The notes beneath the pieces are model-generated. The model had not been told where the DNA came from, ran no database searches, and saw nothing but the letters and a program-made list of their open reading frames with translations. A stretch of 64,000 nucleotides of DNA from assembly GCF_009834535.1 (NCBI RefSeq), contig NC_045696.1, positions 23,624,001 through 23,688,000 of the forward strand, in the 5' to 3' direction. A program made the position numbers and the translations under genes. Positions 1 through 13,335 of the stretch are shown one piece after another. Numbering within the stretch: the first letter of the stretch is position 1; each line of letters begins with the position of its first letter. This DNA is from Camelus ferus (Eukaryota).

Positions 1-3
1 TAC

Positions 4-148
4 TTGTGTCTGCTTGACTTCCCACACTGATGTATCTATCATTGCCAGGAAGTGCTGTTTGGTAGTAAGCTGTCTCCTCCTGCTGAGGGGTCTTGGCGTT
101 CTTCGCAGTAAGGAAGGCCACTGCTAGTTCCAAGTTTCCATTACTATC
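4..148 (-). CDS. USP25: USP25 coding exon 3 ([48 protein letters not shown]); gene continues beyond the window
   Basis: 145 nt, atatttgaag acceptor, A|gta donor at 3-1; in frame with exon 2 and matches the USP25 protein. Confidence 0.96.
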
Positions 149-1735
149 CTTCAAATATCAAGAACAAAACATCAAATATTTTGGAATAACTCTATACATT
201 CTCACATGACTTACGTAATTTTCTCTATAACAATGAATATTTCATAGGAAAAATCATTTTCAGATTTAAAATTATTCTGTGATTCCTAGTTTGTTTAAAT
301 TCACTGTTAACAAAGTATACTATATCAATAACAATTCCTTTTTCTACTAATTAAAACTACTAACATAATGTAAAAATCAATTCTATGACTAATTTCTTAG
401 GTTTCCATTACTTTTATATCTGCTTAACAATAGTCTAATCATAAACTTGGACTTCTAAACAAGTGAACAAACTAGAGTTTTCTGGAACTTGCCATATAAT
501 AGAGTGAACACTGAATATTTAAAACAGTGCTTCAGCAAACAGGGATAATAAAGGATGCTCCCTTTAATATGGATGCTGATTGCCTACCTAGAGGCAAACT
601 AACAAGCAAATATGAAAGACTCATAAGAAAACAGCAAAATAATCTCAAGCTTGATAGAACTAGAAATACTCAACACTGTCAAGATGACAATCCCACCCAA
701 ATTAAATATATAAATTGTGTACTAGTTCTCATCAAAATATACCTAGACAAAATTATTCTAAAGTTAATAGAAGAAAGCAAATGCCAAAAAACTAGGAGTT
801 TTTGAAACAGCAAAATAATGAAAAGAGACCTGCCCAGTTATTTCTATGTTCTCTGTACAGTTAACGATAAATATAACACTTGCTCTATGACCGCGAATTG
901 AAACAGCATTAGGAAATCCAAGTATTAATAATAAAGAATCTTAGTAACAGAAGGCCGAACCCGTAACACTGTGTAGGCCTTCAGAACTTCAACACACACA
1001 GGAAGTGTAACAGGAAGCCAGTGGGAAGTTTTGAACAGACAGGACATGGTATGACTTACAACAGGACTACTCTGGCTGTGTGCTGAGAACAGACTACAGG
1101 AGAGAAAGGGCAGAAGCAGAGAGCCCAACATTACTTGCCTATCATATTAAATACAGGGAGTGATAGAAGGAGAAAGACCAGGATGATTCCCAAGATTTCA
1201 GGGCTGAGCAACTAGAAGAACAAAGTCCGCAACCCTAGTAGCCTTTGAGGTGAGAGAAAAATAAGAGTGCTGTTTGAAAAGCATGACTGCTTTAAATTTT
1301 GTTATCTGTTACAACCATTATGATTCTTAAATGACGCATCCAAAACACAGGTTTAACATATTCTACAGTTAGATAAGCAAACCAGTAAGAAAATAATTTG
1401 CAATAACAATGGCAAACATTTACTGAGCACTGACTACGTGCCAAGAAACGTGCTAAGTGCTTTCCCTATACTTCCTCGTATAATAATAATAAACTGAATG
1501 AAGCAGGGGTTTACACAACTTGAAGCTCAGTTACTTTGGACGTATAGAGTCTCAAAATAAAATAAAAGTGCTAAAATCAATCAATGGCATTGTGACTCTG
1601 AAAAGCAGACTCCTTGTCAATGTAACGCCGAGGTTCAACTCATTATTAAACACCTTACAAATTTATACCGAGCAACAGTGAAGGTTTAAGCACACTGTTT
1701 TATTCCCCAGATACTGGTAATTGAAACAGAAGTTT

Positions 1736-1743
1736 AAAAAAAC

Positions 1744-1774
<31 letters not shown>

Positions 1775-1775
1775 A
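1736..1775. repeat. (AAAAC)n microsatellite
   Basis: Direct observation. Confidence 0.9.
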
Positions 1776-2623
1776 GTCCCACAACTGAGCCCAAAGGAAA
1801 TGTGGACAAGAATTAATCTGATTCTTTATGTTTTCTTAACTAAGCATATTCTACATGTTTCCTAAGTTAAAAAAAAAAAAAAAAAAAAAGCAAAATGCCC
1901 AAATTTGCCCTGACAAGGTAACAGTGTAGACTTATAATGATACAGAACAGGAAAGGCCATTTCTGAAATTAACCATGGAATGATTTAGTCATATTTACCA
2001 GAATAAAGAGAAAACTAAAAATTGAATATGACACTTTTGCTTCCTCTCCAAATACTTAGAGTGGTTTCATAAACCATGTATTAAAATGCCCCTAACAGTA
2101 CTGTTTCATCATTTTCCTGATGAGGAAAAAAAGCTGAAGCAAAGCTTCTAGTAAAAATAAATTGTGTGGCACTTTGCCTGGTTTCTATTCCAAGCTCCTG
2201 CACATACTAGCTATGAGATCTTGAGCAAGCCACTTTGACCTGTTTCCTTACCTTTTAAAAAGAAAATGAAAATAATACCACCTCACGGTTATGAGGAGGA
2301 TGAGTTAGCCACATAAGTACTTAGAACAGCACTTAGTACTGTAAGTTCTTGATAAGTACTAGTTATTATCACTACAGTTATGACAGCTATGATTACAATC
2401 ATCCAAAAGAGAAGTTATTTCTAGAAACAACTGAAGTTTTTAGCCTTGAGCCAATTATATCAAAAATGGTATAATTAACGTTGTCTCATGGGCCAACTTG
2501 CAAAAAAAATGAAGCTCTAAGCCCATAGTGGCAAAAATACTGTATTGCTGTTAGCCCTTAGTAGCTAGTTAAATACAAATAAGCTTAAAATGCAGTTGTA
2601 GTTCTTGAACATCTTTCATTTAC

Positions 2624-2692
2624 TTGCTCCTTTTCAATGTGCACATCCATGCGATCTGACTCATCTGGGTGCCTCTGTGTGGAATGAGTGTA
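2624..2692 (-). other. Candidate in-frame cassette exon in USP25 intron 2 (YTHSTQRHPDESDRMDVHIEKEQ)
   Basis: tttttgttatgtcttacgaag acceptor, 69 nt stop-free in phase 0, CAA|gtaaat donor; matches the phase-0 intron 2. Confidence 0.45.
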
Positions 2693-3074
2693 CTTCGTAA
2701 GACATAACAAAAATGACGCACTTTATTTAATGCATGTACAAACAGTTTGATGTTGAATGTGCTTAAGGTGCAAGCTGAATTTTAGCCAATTTATATTTCT
2801 CCTTCTTGGAAGGAAAAAAATGTAAGCTTCTGATCCTCTATTATTTCTACTTCTCCCACCTCCACCTCCTCTTCCTCCTCTACCCCCCTCCACCCTCCAT
2901 TTCCAATTAAAAGCTAAAGTCATGTCTCGAGAAAACCAGCTATTAGCACTTGGATTCACATGCATTCATTTTCAAAGAAAAGTGTTTCATGTGGGGAGAG
3001 GTCTTTCACTTCAAGGTATCTTGGAACATTAGGCTGCTGAAAGCTAACATGCTCAAAATTACAGTAGGTTGGGG

Positions 3075-3510
3075 TTTTTTTAATTGAAGTATAGGTGATT
3101 TACAATGTTCTCTTAGTTTCAGGTGTACAGCAAAATGATTCAGTTATACATATACATATATATATACCCTTTTTTAGATTCTTTTCCATTATAGGTTATT
3201 ACAAGATATTGAATATAGTTCCCTGTGCTCTACAGTAGGTCACTGTTATCTATTCTATATATAGTAATGTGTATATGTTATCCCAAACTCCTAATTTATC
3301 CCTCCCCCAACTCCTTTCCCCTTTGGTAACCATAGTTTATTTTCTATGTTTGAGTCTATTTCCGATTTGTAAGGAAGTTCATCTGTATCTTTTTTATTTT
3401 GATTCCACATATAAGTAATATCATATGATATTTGTCTTTCTCTGTCTGACTTCACTTAACATGATAATCTCTAGGTCCATCCATGTTGCTACACATGGCA
3501 TCATTTCATT
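3075..3510 (-). mobile_element. L1 3' end (ORF2 C-terminus plus 3'UTR), 5'-truncated
   Basis: ORF fragment ATWMDLEIIMLSEVRQ and typical L1 3'UTR ending in a poly-T run on the plus strand. Confidence 0.85.
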
Positions 3511-3673
3511 ATAGCAGTATGTTATGTTAAGGAAGGCTCTTGCTTTATAAAAGTTCTTCCCTATATCTCTACTACTACCACCTGGCATAACTAAAACACT
3601 GAACTTCCAAATATGGCAGGCAGTAGAGATAAGAGTGCAACAGAAACCTTCTGTCATAAAACAGAGGACTTAC

Positions 3674-3751
3674 CTTCAAGGCTTGCTGTAGTATCTGGGC
3701 ATCATTAATCCCAGTAATTTCTCTCAGCTGATTCAAAAACGTCTGCTGGTG
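3674..3751 (-). CDS. USP25: USP25 coding exon 2 ([26 protein letters not shown]), first part of UBA domain
   Basis: 78 nt, phase 0-0, ttcccttcctctag acceptor and AAG|gtaagt donor; translation continues the USP25 sequence. Confidence 0.97.
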
Positions 3752-5834
3752 CTAGAGGAAGGGAAAAACCTAAAGTGTTAGACTCTGAAATCAGAAATTA
3801 TACAAGGACAAGAAAATAAATGGCCTTTGGGGAAAAAAATAGAAAACACAAAATAAACTAGAGTGAAAAGAAAAAAAAAATTAAGAACTTGAGAAAGAAT
3901 GAATTAATTTCATTCTTTTGTGAAGAATGAACCATGCTATGGGAAACCTTATTCCTTTCTCATGTTTCCATAAGGGAACGTCTACATTACTCCCAAAGAG
4001 CAAGCCTCACTGAACAGTCCCTGGCCCACTCTTTACTACCTAATTCATCCCTCCGAACAAGAAAAGGAGTGATCTGCGTGGTGGCTAAGTCAAAGAAGAC
4101 TAAGGAAAACAGGTATCCATCAGGCTACTGTAACTAGGCCATGGAAGCGCTGAACGAAATCCAGGCAGCCCAAGTCACCTCTCCCTGTCCCTACGTCAGC
4201 CAGCATTCAAGCACTAGGGCGTTTGGGAAAAACATGCTTTCAGCAGGTCGGGGACTAGGTGGATTTATTACATCAGGGGGATCCTGTCCTATTCAAGGAA
4301 AAAAAAGGCCGCCTCATTCTTCAACCTGTCATAAAAGAGCCTAAACAGCGTCGACTGTGCCTACATTTGCTCTAGACCTGTTCACACGCTGTCGGTCTAC
4401 ACAATCTACTGTATTCTCCTGCAAAGGAAAAGGGGCAGAAGGCTAGGACTCCACCAGCAAATCTTTCCCTACACTTTCCTAATTAAGAACCACCTTCCTC
4501 CCTACATCTCTGTATTTCTTAAAACAAGTTCCTCAAAATCGAAAGCACCATGAAGTAAAGAAAGCTCAATGGATACGACCTGGAAAACAAATCACCAATA
4601 GAATAAAAGGATCTGCTGAAATGTGTTTTCCCACTAAACATTCTTACGTGACATTTATTAAATGTCACTTCATGTTTCCACCTCCTGTATCCTGTCCAAG
4701 CTCCACATAGGATAAAGGGAAGGGCAAAGGACAAAAGGTGTCTGCCAAATGATTCTGCCTTCTTTAGCAAGCCCCATCTAGTGACTTCCACTTAAAGCCT
4801 CACTGAGCAGAACAGTCATGTCATGTGGTCACTCGATTGCAAAGGAGGTTGGAAAATGTATTTTTCAGCTAGGCAAAAAGCTACTCTGCAAATGAAATCA
4901 TGATTCTGCTGCTAAGAAAACAGAAAAGAATGTACACTGAATAGGCACTGGCAGTATCTGCCATGCCATCAGTGGAATTTCATTCCCATAAAAATCTTAT
5001 TAAAGAGCTGAGACAACTGAGACTAACAATAAAATATATAATAAAGAATATGAACAATGTCATATAAAATGGTGGAAAGAATCAAAGTGGTTAAATAAAA
5101 GAACTGAACTTCCAAATTTACAGTGTTGAAATACCAGAAAAAAATCTCTCTAAACCTGTCAACTTCGCTACTTTCACTTTAAAAATTACCAATAGCTAAC
5201 AATGAAAATGACTAACTTACACAATATCCAGCATTACAAATTAAAGACGTATACAAATTTTACAGAAATTCTCATCTAATTGAATGTTTGTTTGTAATTA
5301 ACTGCACTAGCACACCAATGCCCATTCCTTACACAGAATACAACTTTCCTCAATGGCAAATTATTCAATCAAGTATCAGGGAAAGACTACTGAATTCCCT
5401 AAAGGAATCAGTCATTCATACAAATGTTTCTGGCTATTATTTATAATGCTGGAAAAATGGAAACAACGCAAATGTCCTTCCATTAAGGAAGACATTCTAA
5501 AGATTCATGTGTAAAAGAATGACCTGATGAGTTGGTTAATAAAGAAGATTCCCAAGCCCCATGCCCAGAAATTGTGATTCCACAGGCATCTGGGTTAAGG
5601 TTAAGGGATCTACCTTTTTAGTAAACATCTCGCATGATTTTGATACAGATGAACCTAGAAGCATGGTTTGATTTAAGCAAACAACTGTGTATTTTTAAAT
5701 AACAAACTATATAGAAGTTATCTTTACAAAATCATATTAAGTTAAAGTGGTGAAATACAAAATAGTATATATATGTTAATGACTACAAGATAAAATGTAA
5801 AAAAGAATGTAAAACCCAAGAAAGATGACAGCCT

Positions 5835-6205
5835 GTGTTAGACTCCCAATTCTTTTCCCACCTCTGTATGCATACCCTTTGCCACTTCTCACTTTCTCCC
5901 ACTAGAGAAACAATATATTTCCTTGTTGCACTGATGATCGGCTTAGCCATGTGACATGCATTTACCAATGGCATATTAGTAGGCAGCAGGCAAGCAGACA
6001 TGAAATGTGCTTGCATGGTTGGGCTCTGCCCTCTTGAACTTCAGCAACTTTCTTAAGAAGAACATGACCCAGGTAGTCCACTTGCCTCAGAAGAATGAGG
6101 CACAGGAGAAGAGGCCACCTCAATCAATCTGCAAATCTGTGAACATGATGATAATATTCTGATATGCCACTAACTTTTGGTGTGGTCTGCTATAGCTGAC
6201 TGCTA
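5835..6205 (+). mobile_element. Old MaLR LTR (MLT1J-like)
   Basis: ggcttagccatgtgac..ccaatggcat...atgccactaacttttggtgtgg...ctatagctgactg. Confidence 0.55.
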
Positions 6206-9200
6206 CTGAGTACAATAAGAATACTCAGTATTTTGTGAATAGAAGCAATGTCTAAAACTTTGTTATCATTTGGTTTTTTTTTTTCATCTTTCACAATAAA
6301 ATCAGCTAAATATCCTAGCGAAATAATTCAGGTGCATCTCTAGCACGGTTCTTGACCTCATGAATTTTGACTGAAAATGAAACAATGAAGAGAAAAGGAT
6401 TAGGGTGGAGGAGAAGACTGAGTGGGAAAGAGAAAAGGTGAAAGAATTTTCTTAACTAAGTTACCAAGAAATGAAGGTGAGATCACAAAAGGTGAACTAT
6501 GAAAAAATTTCTAAGTTCATGGCAGAGAAGCCACCTCACTTGTCAAGTTTTCCCCTTTGTTACTGACATCTTCCAACTGTGCTTCTCCTGTCTTTGAAAA
6601 TCTGTACCTTCATTTCCTACAACTATATGCTTTTATTACTGCTATTTCTGTTGTATTTAAGACCCCAGTCTTCTTTCAATGTTTGCACCTTCCTATTTAA
6701 CAAACTTCTAGTCCATGATACATCCTGACCCTTAACTAAAAATGTCTGTAATGGTTCTTTCCTTCTTGACTTGTGATTTTGGGTCTAAGGTGGATCTAAC
6801 CCACCACCATCTCTAGAGCTCTTTTTCTGAGCTCTGAGGTCTTCCCTGTATGGATTCCTTATCCACTACAGGATAAGGAGATGGGAGTAACCTGTTCACA
6901 CTGCTGAACCAAGAAGAGCAAGACACAATCAATGGCTTGCTAACACCACAAAAATCAATAAGCAAACAAGCCAAGACTACCTACAGGCCTTCAGATTCCT
7001 CCCTCAATGTTATTTTTACTGAGTGATAGTGATGACTGACATCCTTAAGTGCCTACTACGTGCCAAATCTGGCATTATGCCCTTCAGGGAGAAGGCATCA
7101 GTCATTTCACTATAAAGTAAGGATCAGAGGGCTTCACAGAAATTCTTCCCTCCTCTGTTGACCCTACACAATGTTGGATCTGTTTTAAATCTGTTTAAAT
7201 AAGACTACAGCATATTTAACATTGAAATAACTTCTTGAAAATACAGAAAAAAAAAAAAAAGAAAAGGGTCAATGACTTAAGACAGGGAACAAAGATACGC
7301 ACTTATTATGTTCTTGCTGTATGCCAAACTGTTTTAAGTGCTTCTACTATATAATCTCATTTAATATGTGTGCACACAAACCCTCTAGAAAGTTACTCTC
7401 ATTTTATAACTAACAGAAGCTCCAAGAGGCTAATCAGTAGAGAGAGAGAAATGACTACAGCTTTTTCAAATTCCACAGCCTGTGTCCCTTCCACATTTTC
7501 TCTATGGTATCTGATTTTGAAGATTAAAAGATTTCAGGGGAAAATGAAAACCCAGCCCAAATATCCATTACTTTGTTGACAACAAATACTTAGATAACAG
7601 TACAAGAAAACTGGAGCACTGATGACTGCAAAGCAGGAAAGCTTTCCGTGCCAACGGGTAAGCAACCCATAAATCAATCCTTGGTTCGTCTGACTGAATT
7701 TCTAAATATAAATAAAATTTATTTTTGTGCAAGAGAGAGACAGAAAAAGGTACCCATCTTCAGGAGAAAAAAGCATCAACTCTTAAAATAACCTCTAAAA
7801 AGACTTTCAAAATCTCTAAGAAGAAGAAAAAACAATTTGATAGAAAATTCCAAGGCATTCTTTAACTTCAGAATCACATGCCCCAAAGCATTGCTAGGTA
7901 TCAAATGGTAAGCATTTCAAAATTACCTATCAATGAAAAAATGAATTATACTATTTCCTTTAACGTACATAACCATATTACATCTTTTTTTTTTTTTTAA
8001 CAAATACTTTCTCCATCTACCTAATAACACTAAACTGCCCTAGTTCATGTTACCTCTTACCACAAGAAGTTCCCAAACTTCACTGACAGGTAATTTCAAG
8101 TACACAATAACCTTCACGGAGCATTTTGTAAGGACCAAATTTGCCCCTCTAATCAGCTATCTAAGGGGAAAAAGAAGTTTATTTCACGAGTCTTTTTTAT
8201 TTTTATGCATAATTTTAAGGGGGACAACACGATGACCTTTCATTTCCGTTCATATGTAACATCCTACGATCTCTCTGAGGAATTTTCCCACAGTACAGCC
8301 TTCTCACAGCTTAAAGGGCCCTCTGCACGCCACAGCCATCTCCAGCTTCACCTCGAACTACTTCTGCCCTTTCTCCTCTTCCTTCTTTCATTCGGGGTCT
8401 ACATAATACTATTCTGCTTCCTAATTCAAAGGTCTGGGTATATATAGTTGCTTTTTCTTCAGGTTGGAGACTCCCCTGACACTTATCACAGATTGCAATA
8501 ATGTACTATGGTTATCACCAGGTTCTAAATCCAAAGACAGTACAGCCTATTTGCTCATCACTGTGTTCCTGGTAACTAACTAGGACAGTATCTGGCACAT
8601 GGTAGGCACTCAATAAATACTGACTGAATAAATGAATGTAACAGTTTGCAGAGGTGAACTGGAATAAGTCAGATCACAGGGCTTAAACTCACCCATAGGA
8701 GAGAGGTACCAATTAATTACTGGATATAGGAACAAGAAGCATGCATAAACCATGCCCACTTACTGGCAAACTTTCCACACTCTCCTACATTCCAACTAGA
8801 ATTTCACAGAAGGCTTCATTTCCTAGTTCTGGTCCTGTCAACCCTGCCTGAAGGGGAATGTATAGTACAATACTGTTGAAATTCCCAATGGCAAGTAATC
8901 TATACATTAATATCATGAATAGCTGAGGTATCCTGTACTTTCTACTGCCACACAGTCAAGGTTTATCTCAATTTCTGAATTAACAGCACTTTAGTATTAA
9001 AATAAATTAACCATATACCTCTATGGGTGTATACACCTAAAAATATGCTTTATTAATTCTTCACTATTTACACTGAGGCCTAGAAATGGCAGAAACTCTG
9101 AATTTAAAAAGTCTTTTCCTAACTTTCTATAGCATCCCAGAGCTACAATCTTAAGCATTATGTAATTCAAGGAAAAAAAGAGTAAGAAGAAAGTAAAGAA

Positions 9201-10534
9201 ATGAGATACTTTGTTGGTCCTCAACAAATATTTGTTTCTAACCGTTGTCACGTCAGAGTTCCTATGTCTACCTGCCACTCCAACCCTTCAACCAATCTAA
9301 GAGCTGCATGATGTCCGTGCCCCTGACAGAATCCTCCAGCCCTATTAACTGGCAGATAAAAGACATGCATCATAAGTAGAAACTCTAAATGCAATTTTCC
9401 CCAAAAATACTGTTCCACAGCACTATAAGCTAAATTCACACAGAGTTAAATACATTTCTAGGCCAAATAAGAACCTAATACCATGGTTTCTATGGGAACG
9501 TGCATTTAGAGTTCCAAGAACTCAACTTGCAAAATCTTTTGGAACAGTGTTTTTAAATTAGAATGCCTATATTCTGAAAAACATATGGGTAAACAAAATT
9601 TTTGTGTATCAAATCACATCCTTGAACTGTGATGTCTGCAGATTAAATAAAATATCTAACTTGTTTTTGATGCTAATAATCTGGCTGATTCCTAATATAT
9701 CTCTCCTGTCCGATTCAATCTGTGTGAATCGCTCAGTTTCTGTACTTAAATTTTCATAATTAACTTTCAGTCCAAAAATAAAATCCTTTATATTAATAAA
9801 ACAAAATAAGCATGCTCTAATTAGGACTTTCAAACTAGAATACTACATAATTCTTAGCAGCTGTATGTGTCACAAACAATTCCTTAAAACAAATACAATT
9901 TTTGGTCGTAAGAATTACATACATAATCTACCCTACTATTAGAAACTCCATTCTTCTATGGCTTAATACAGCACGTGCTCTATAGCACTTTCTCTCCCAG
10001 ACCAATAAAAGAGCCATCCACAGAAGCATCCAGCCTCCAGCACCTCAGAAAACTTGTCCTTCATCCAATGGGCTCCAATCATAATCTCACCAGTAAGATC
10101 TGAATCTCTGTCTTGGAGATTGGGAAGACCTCTTCTAAATTTATTCCTTCCTTTACTCTTTAACCTTTAGTAGCCAGTCACCTATTACTAATCAACACGT
10201 CTTTGTACTAAACTCTCCCTGTTCAAATAATTATCTGGTTTCTGGGTCCTAACTGGACCCTTACTTACACAACTTCCTTAAAAGCAATTTTTGTATTCTA
10301 ATAATACATTAATGAAATTTTGTATTTTTTATATTTTTAATTGAAAAACAGTTGATTTACAATGTACCAGGAATAAAGCAAAATGATTCAGTTATATATA
10401 CACACACTATATATATTCTTTTTCAGGTTCTGTATTTTTAATAGAATAAGTCTCAGAAACAATTAGGAGGGGGAAAACTAACCATAAATGGTAAGTTCTA
10501 TCCTGGAACTACCATTTACTTACCATTTATTAAA

Positions 10535-10813
10535 AGTATATAAAGCACCAGAGATTTCATTATGTAGGCATAGTATCATTGGCTACTGGCGACCGAACTC
10601 AATCCCTAGCCCCTCTCCCCTCTGGGAATTGGGGAGTGGGCTGGAAGTTCTGACTCTCTAATCATAATGGTTGGTTTTTCTGAGGCACAGCCCCCATCCT
10701 GAAGCTATCTAGTTCCCCAACCAGGAGTTATCTCATTAGCATACAAAAGACAGTAAATTCATGTAGCAGAAACCAGGGGAAAAGACTAAATATTTTCATT
10801 CTGTTATACCACA
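10535..10813. mobile_element. MER21-like LTR fragment
   Basis: actcaatccctagcccctctcccctc...cagcccccatcctgaagctatctag...tctcattagcatacaaaagaca...tataccaca. Confidence 0.65.
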
Positions 10814-12399
10814 GCTAGCCACATGCAGCTACCTGTAGGTAAAAGAAGGCACTGAATTCTTTTGTTTCTTTATCCTCATTAATGGACTTCTCTTTGCCTA
10901 GAATCACATATTCAGTCTCCCTACACACCCTCGACATTATCTCCTCCATGAGGCCTTTCCTGTTCTTCTTAGAGCCTCTCTTGGGCCTACCAATATATCC
11001 TATAAATATTTCATTAAACTTCTAATATAATACATGAATTTCTGGCTCCCACTACAACCAAACTATAAGCTTTTCTAGGGTGTTTTATTTCTCAATCTGC
11101 TTAAAATAAAGAAAGAATACAAATGGATGGATATAATAATGAGAGATAACTGCATATCTAAGCAGAAATGTACACGATAATTGAAAACCTAAAACAAGAG
11201 TTTATGTGAGGGTATAAAATTAAATTTATTTTGAAAATACAAACTTGTTAGTAATGAACATACATGACTCAGAAACTACATAATCTCTCAAAGCTTGAAA
11301 AGAAGAAAGCAGAAAACCAAAGACAAAACTTTAAAAAACTCCCATAGTTCAGTAGACACACAGTATATTGCATTAGCAGCCAAATTTTACCATGCTGTAG
11401 AGTTCAAATGTAAAGTTTAAATATATGTACTGAAAGTTCACATAAAAGCTGACAAGCTCACAAAAATCTTGCCTCAGAGCTAGGCCTACTTGCTCCTATC
11501 TTTTTACCTACCAATCCTCAACTTCTTTGTGTCTGTCGTATGTGTTCAAATACTAAATATTTTTGGCAGCACACTTGAAAAGGTTTAAAATTTTCACAGT
11601 GATGTTCAGCAACTCCTAAGGGAAGGAGCAATAATTACAATACAATTATTACTGCAGTACAATAATTCTGTCCCATGGTGTCTGCAAAAGCAGCCTATCA
11701 CACTGCACGGCAGTATGTCACCCTCTTGCTCATCCAGGCACTAAGACATGTTCACAGGCAAAATACAAGTTCCAATAAATAATATTTATTTGGCACTAAC
11801 TTAAAAGTAAGCTATAGTTGTTACCTCTTAGTCACAGCAAGTGTGTTCCACTCTACACTAAATCACACAACCTGTTCAGTTCAACATTCTGCTTAAGAGG
11901 TATTGGAATAATTACAATACAAACCTGAGCTATAGTTTAAAAAAAATTTAAACTATGAATCAAACTTGGAGGCATATCTGTGAAAACGTTACAACAAAAA
12001 AGCTGAGAACACTGCTCTAAGACAATGTTTATCAAGTAAGTGCCAGGGTCACAGATGGATGTAGATGACAACAGCAATAAAATCTATTTCGAATGTTTAA
12101 TGATAACGTATTACAAGAATATCCTGATACACATGTATTAATTTCCTTGGTCGAAGCTGCAATTGCCAAGTAGCTTCTGTAAAACACTACCATCTGTCAG
12201 ATTATGTTAACCTCGTTATTCTAGTTTTCTAGTTTTGGTTACATCCAAGTTATCAGTTGGTTTTAGTGCATAAAAGCTATACAATAGGACATAATAAATA
12301 TATGCCTAGATTATATTTATGCAAGCTTGAGTAAAACTACAATAAAAATACTTTAGTTCAAGAGATTGTCCCTGAAACCTGTTTTCCTTTAAAACAACT

Positions 12400-13335
12400 C
12401 TCCACTTAAGGATAAAAAATACTATCAAGTGGAGTATTAATAGGAAGGAAAAACTTTTCAATAAAGTTGCTGGTTCTCCAGAGGAGAAAAATGAATTTGG
12501 ACACATACTCAAACAATACACAAAATTCAAACTGAAGTGGAATAAGACTTAAATGCCAACAGGGAAAGAAGAAAAAGATTACAGAGCAATAAAAGAGAAC
12601 ATCTTTATGACACAGGTATGAAAGATCAAATAATAAAGAAAGCTAATTAGTTATGAGACTAAATTAAAATGGACTCCTTTTCATGAAAAAAGCAACACAA
12701 AGGGAATAAAAAGACACCCTGAAAACAGGAAAAGATATTTGCAAAATACGTTAAGTGGGGAAAAAAATGGTAGTATCTGGACTATAAAGAATTCCTTCAA
12801 ATCAAAAAGAAAAAGGAAAAACAACCCAAAAGAAAAAACACAACAGAAACAAATGTGAATTTCACAGGAAAAAAAACTCAATAGTCCATAAATATATAAA
12901 AAGATAACCAATTAGGTCATCAACAGCAGAATGATTAAGTTCTGGTGTAACCATAAAGTATAAACAAACTACAACATTAGGTTCACTTATTTCATATAAA
13001 TCTTGAACTTACACCCCAGAGCACACACAAAAACAAACTTCAAATGGATCATAACCCTAAATATAATAGCTAAAATAATAAAACATATTAAAAGTAAACA
13101 TAGGAGGCAAAATAATGTGAACTAAGGTTCAAAAAAATTAGGATAAAGCACTAATTGTAAAAGAAAAAGTAGTACAATGAATTTCACCCATGTTAAACTA
13201 CTTTGACTTCAAAGAAACTGATCAGAAAAAATGAAAGACAAGCCACACCCTGAGAGAAAAAATATACATATAATAAAAGACATTCAGAACAACTCAATAG
13301 CAAGACATAGAGTATCTATAGAAGACATAAAAATG
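12400..13335 (+). mobile_element. Old L1 (L1M-type) ORF2 fragments, left part
   Basis: A-rich, degenerate L1 ORF2 3' motifs; continues after the RBPMS2 retrocopy. Confidence 0.65.
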
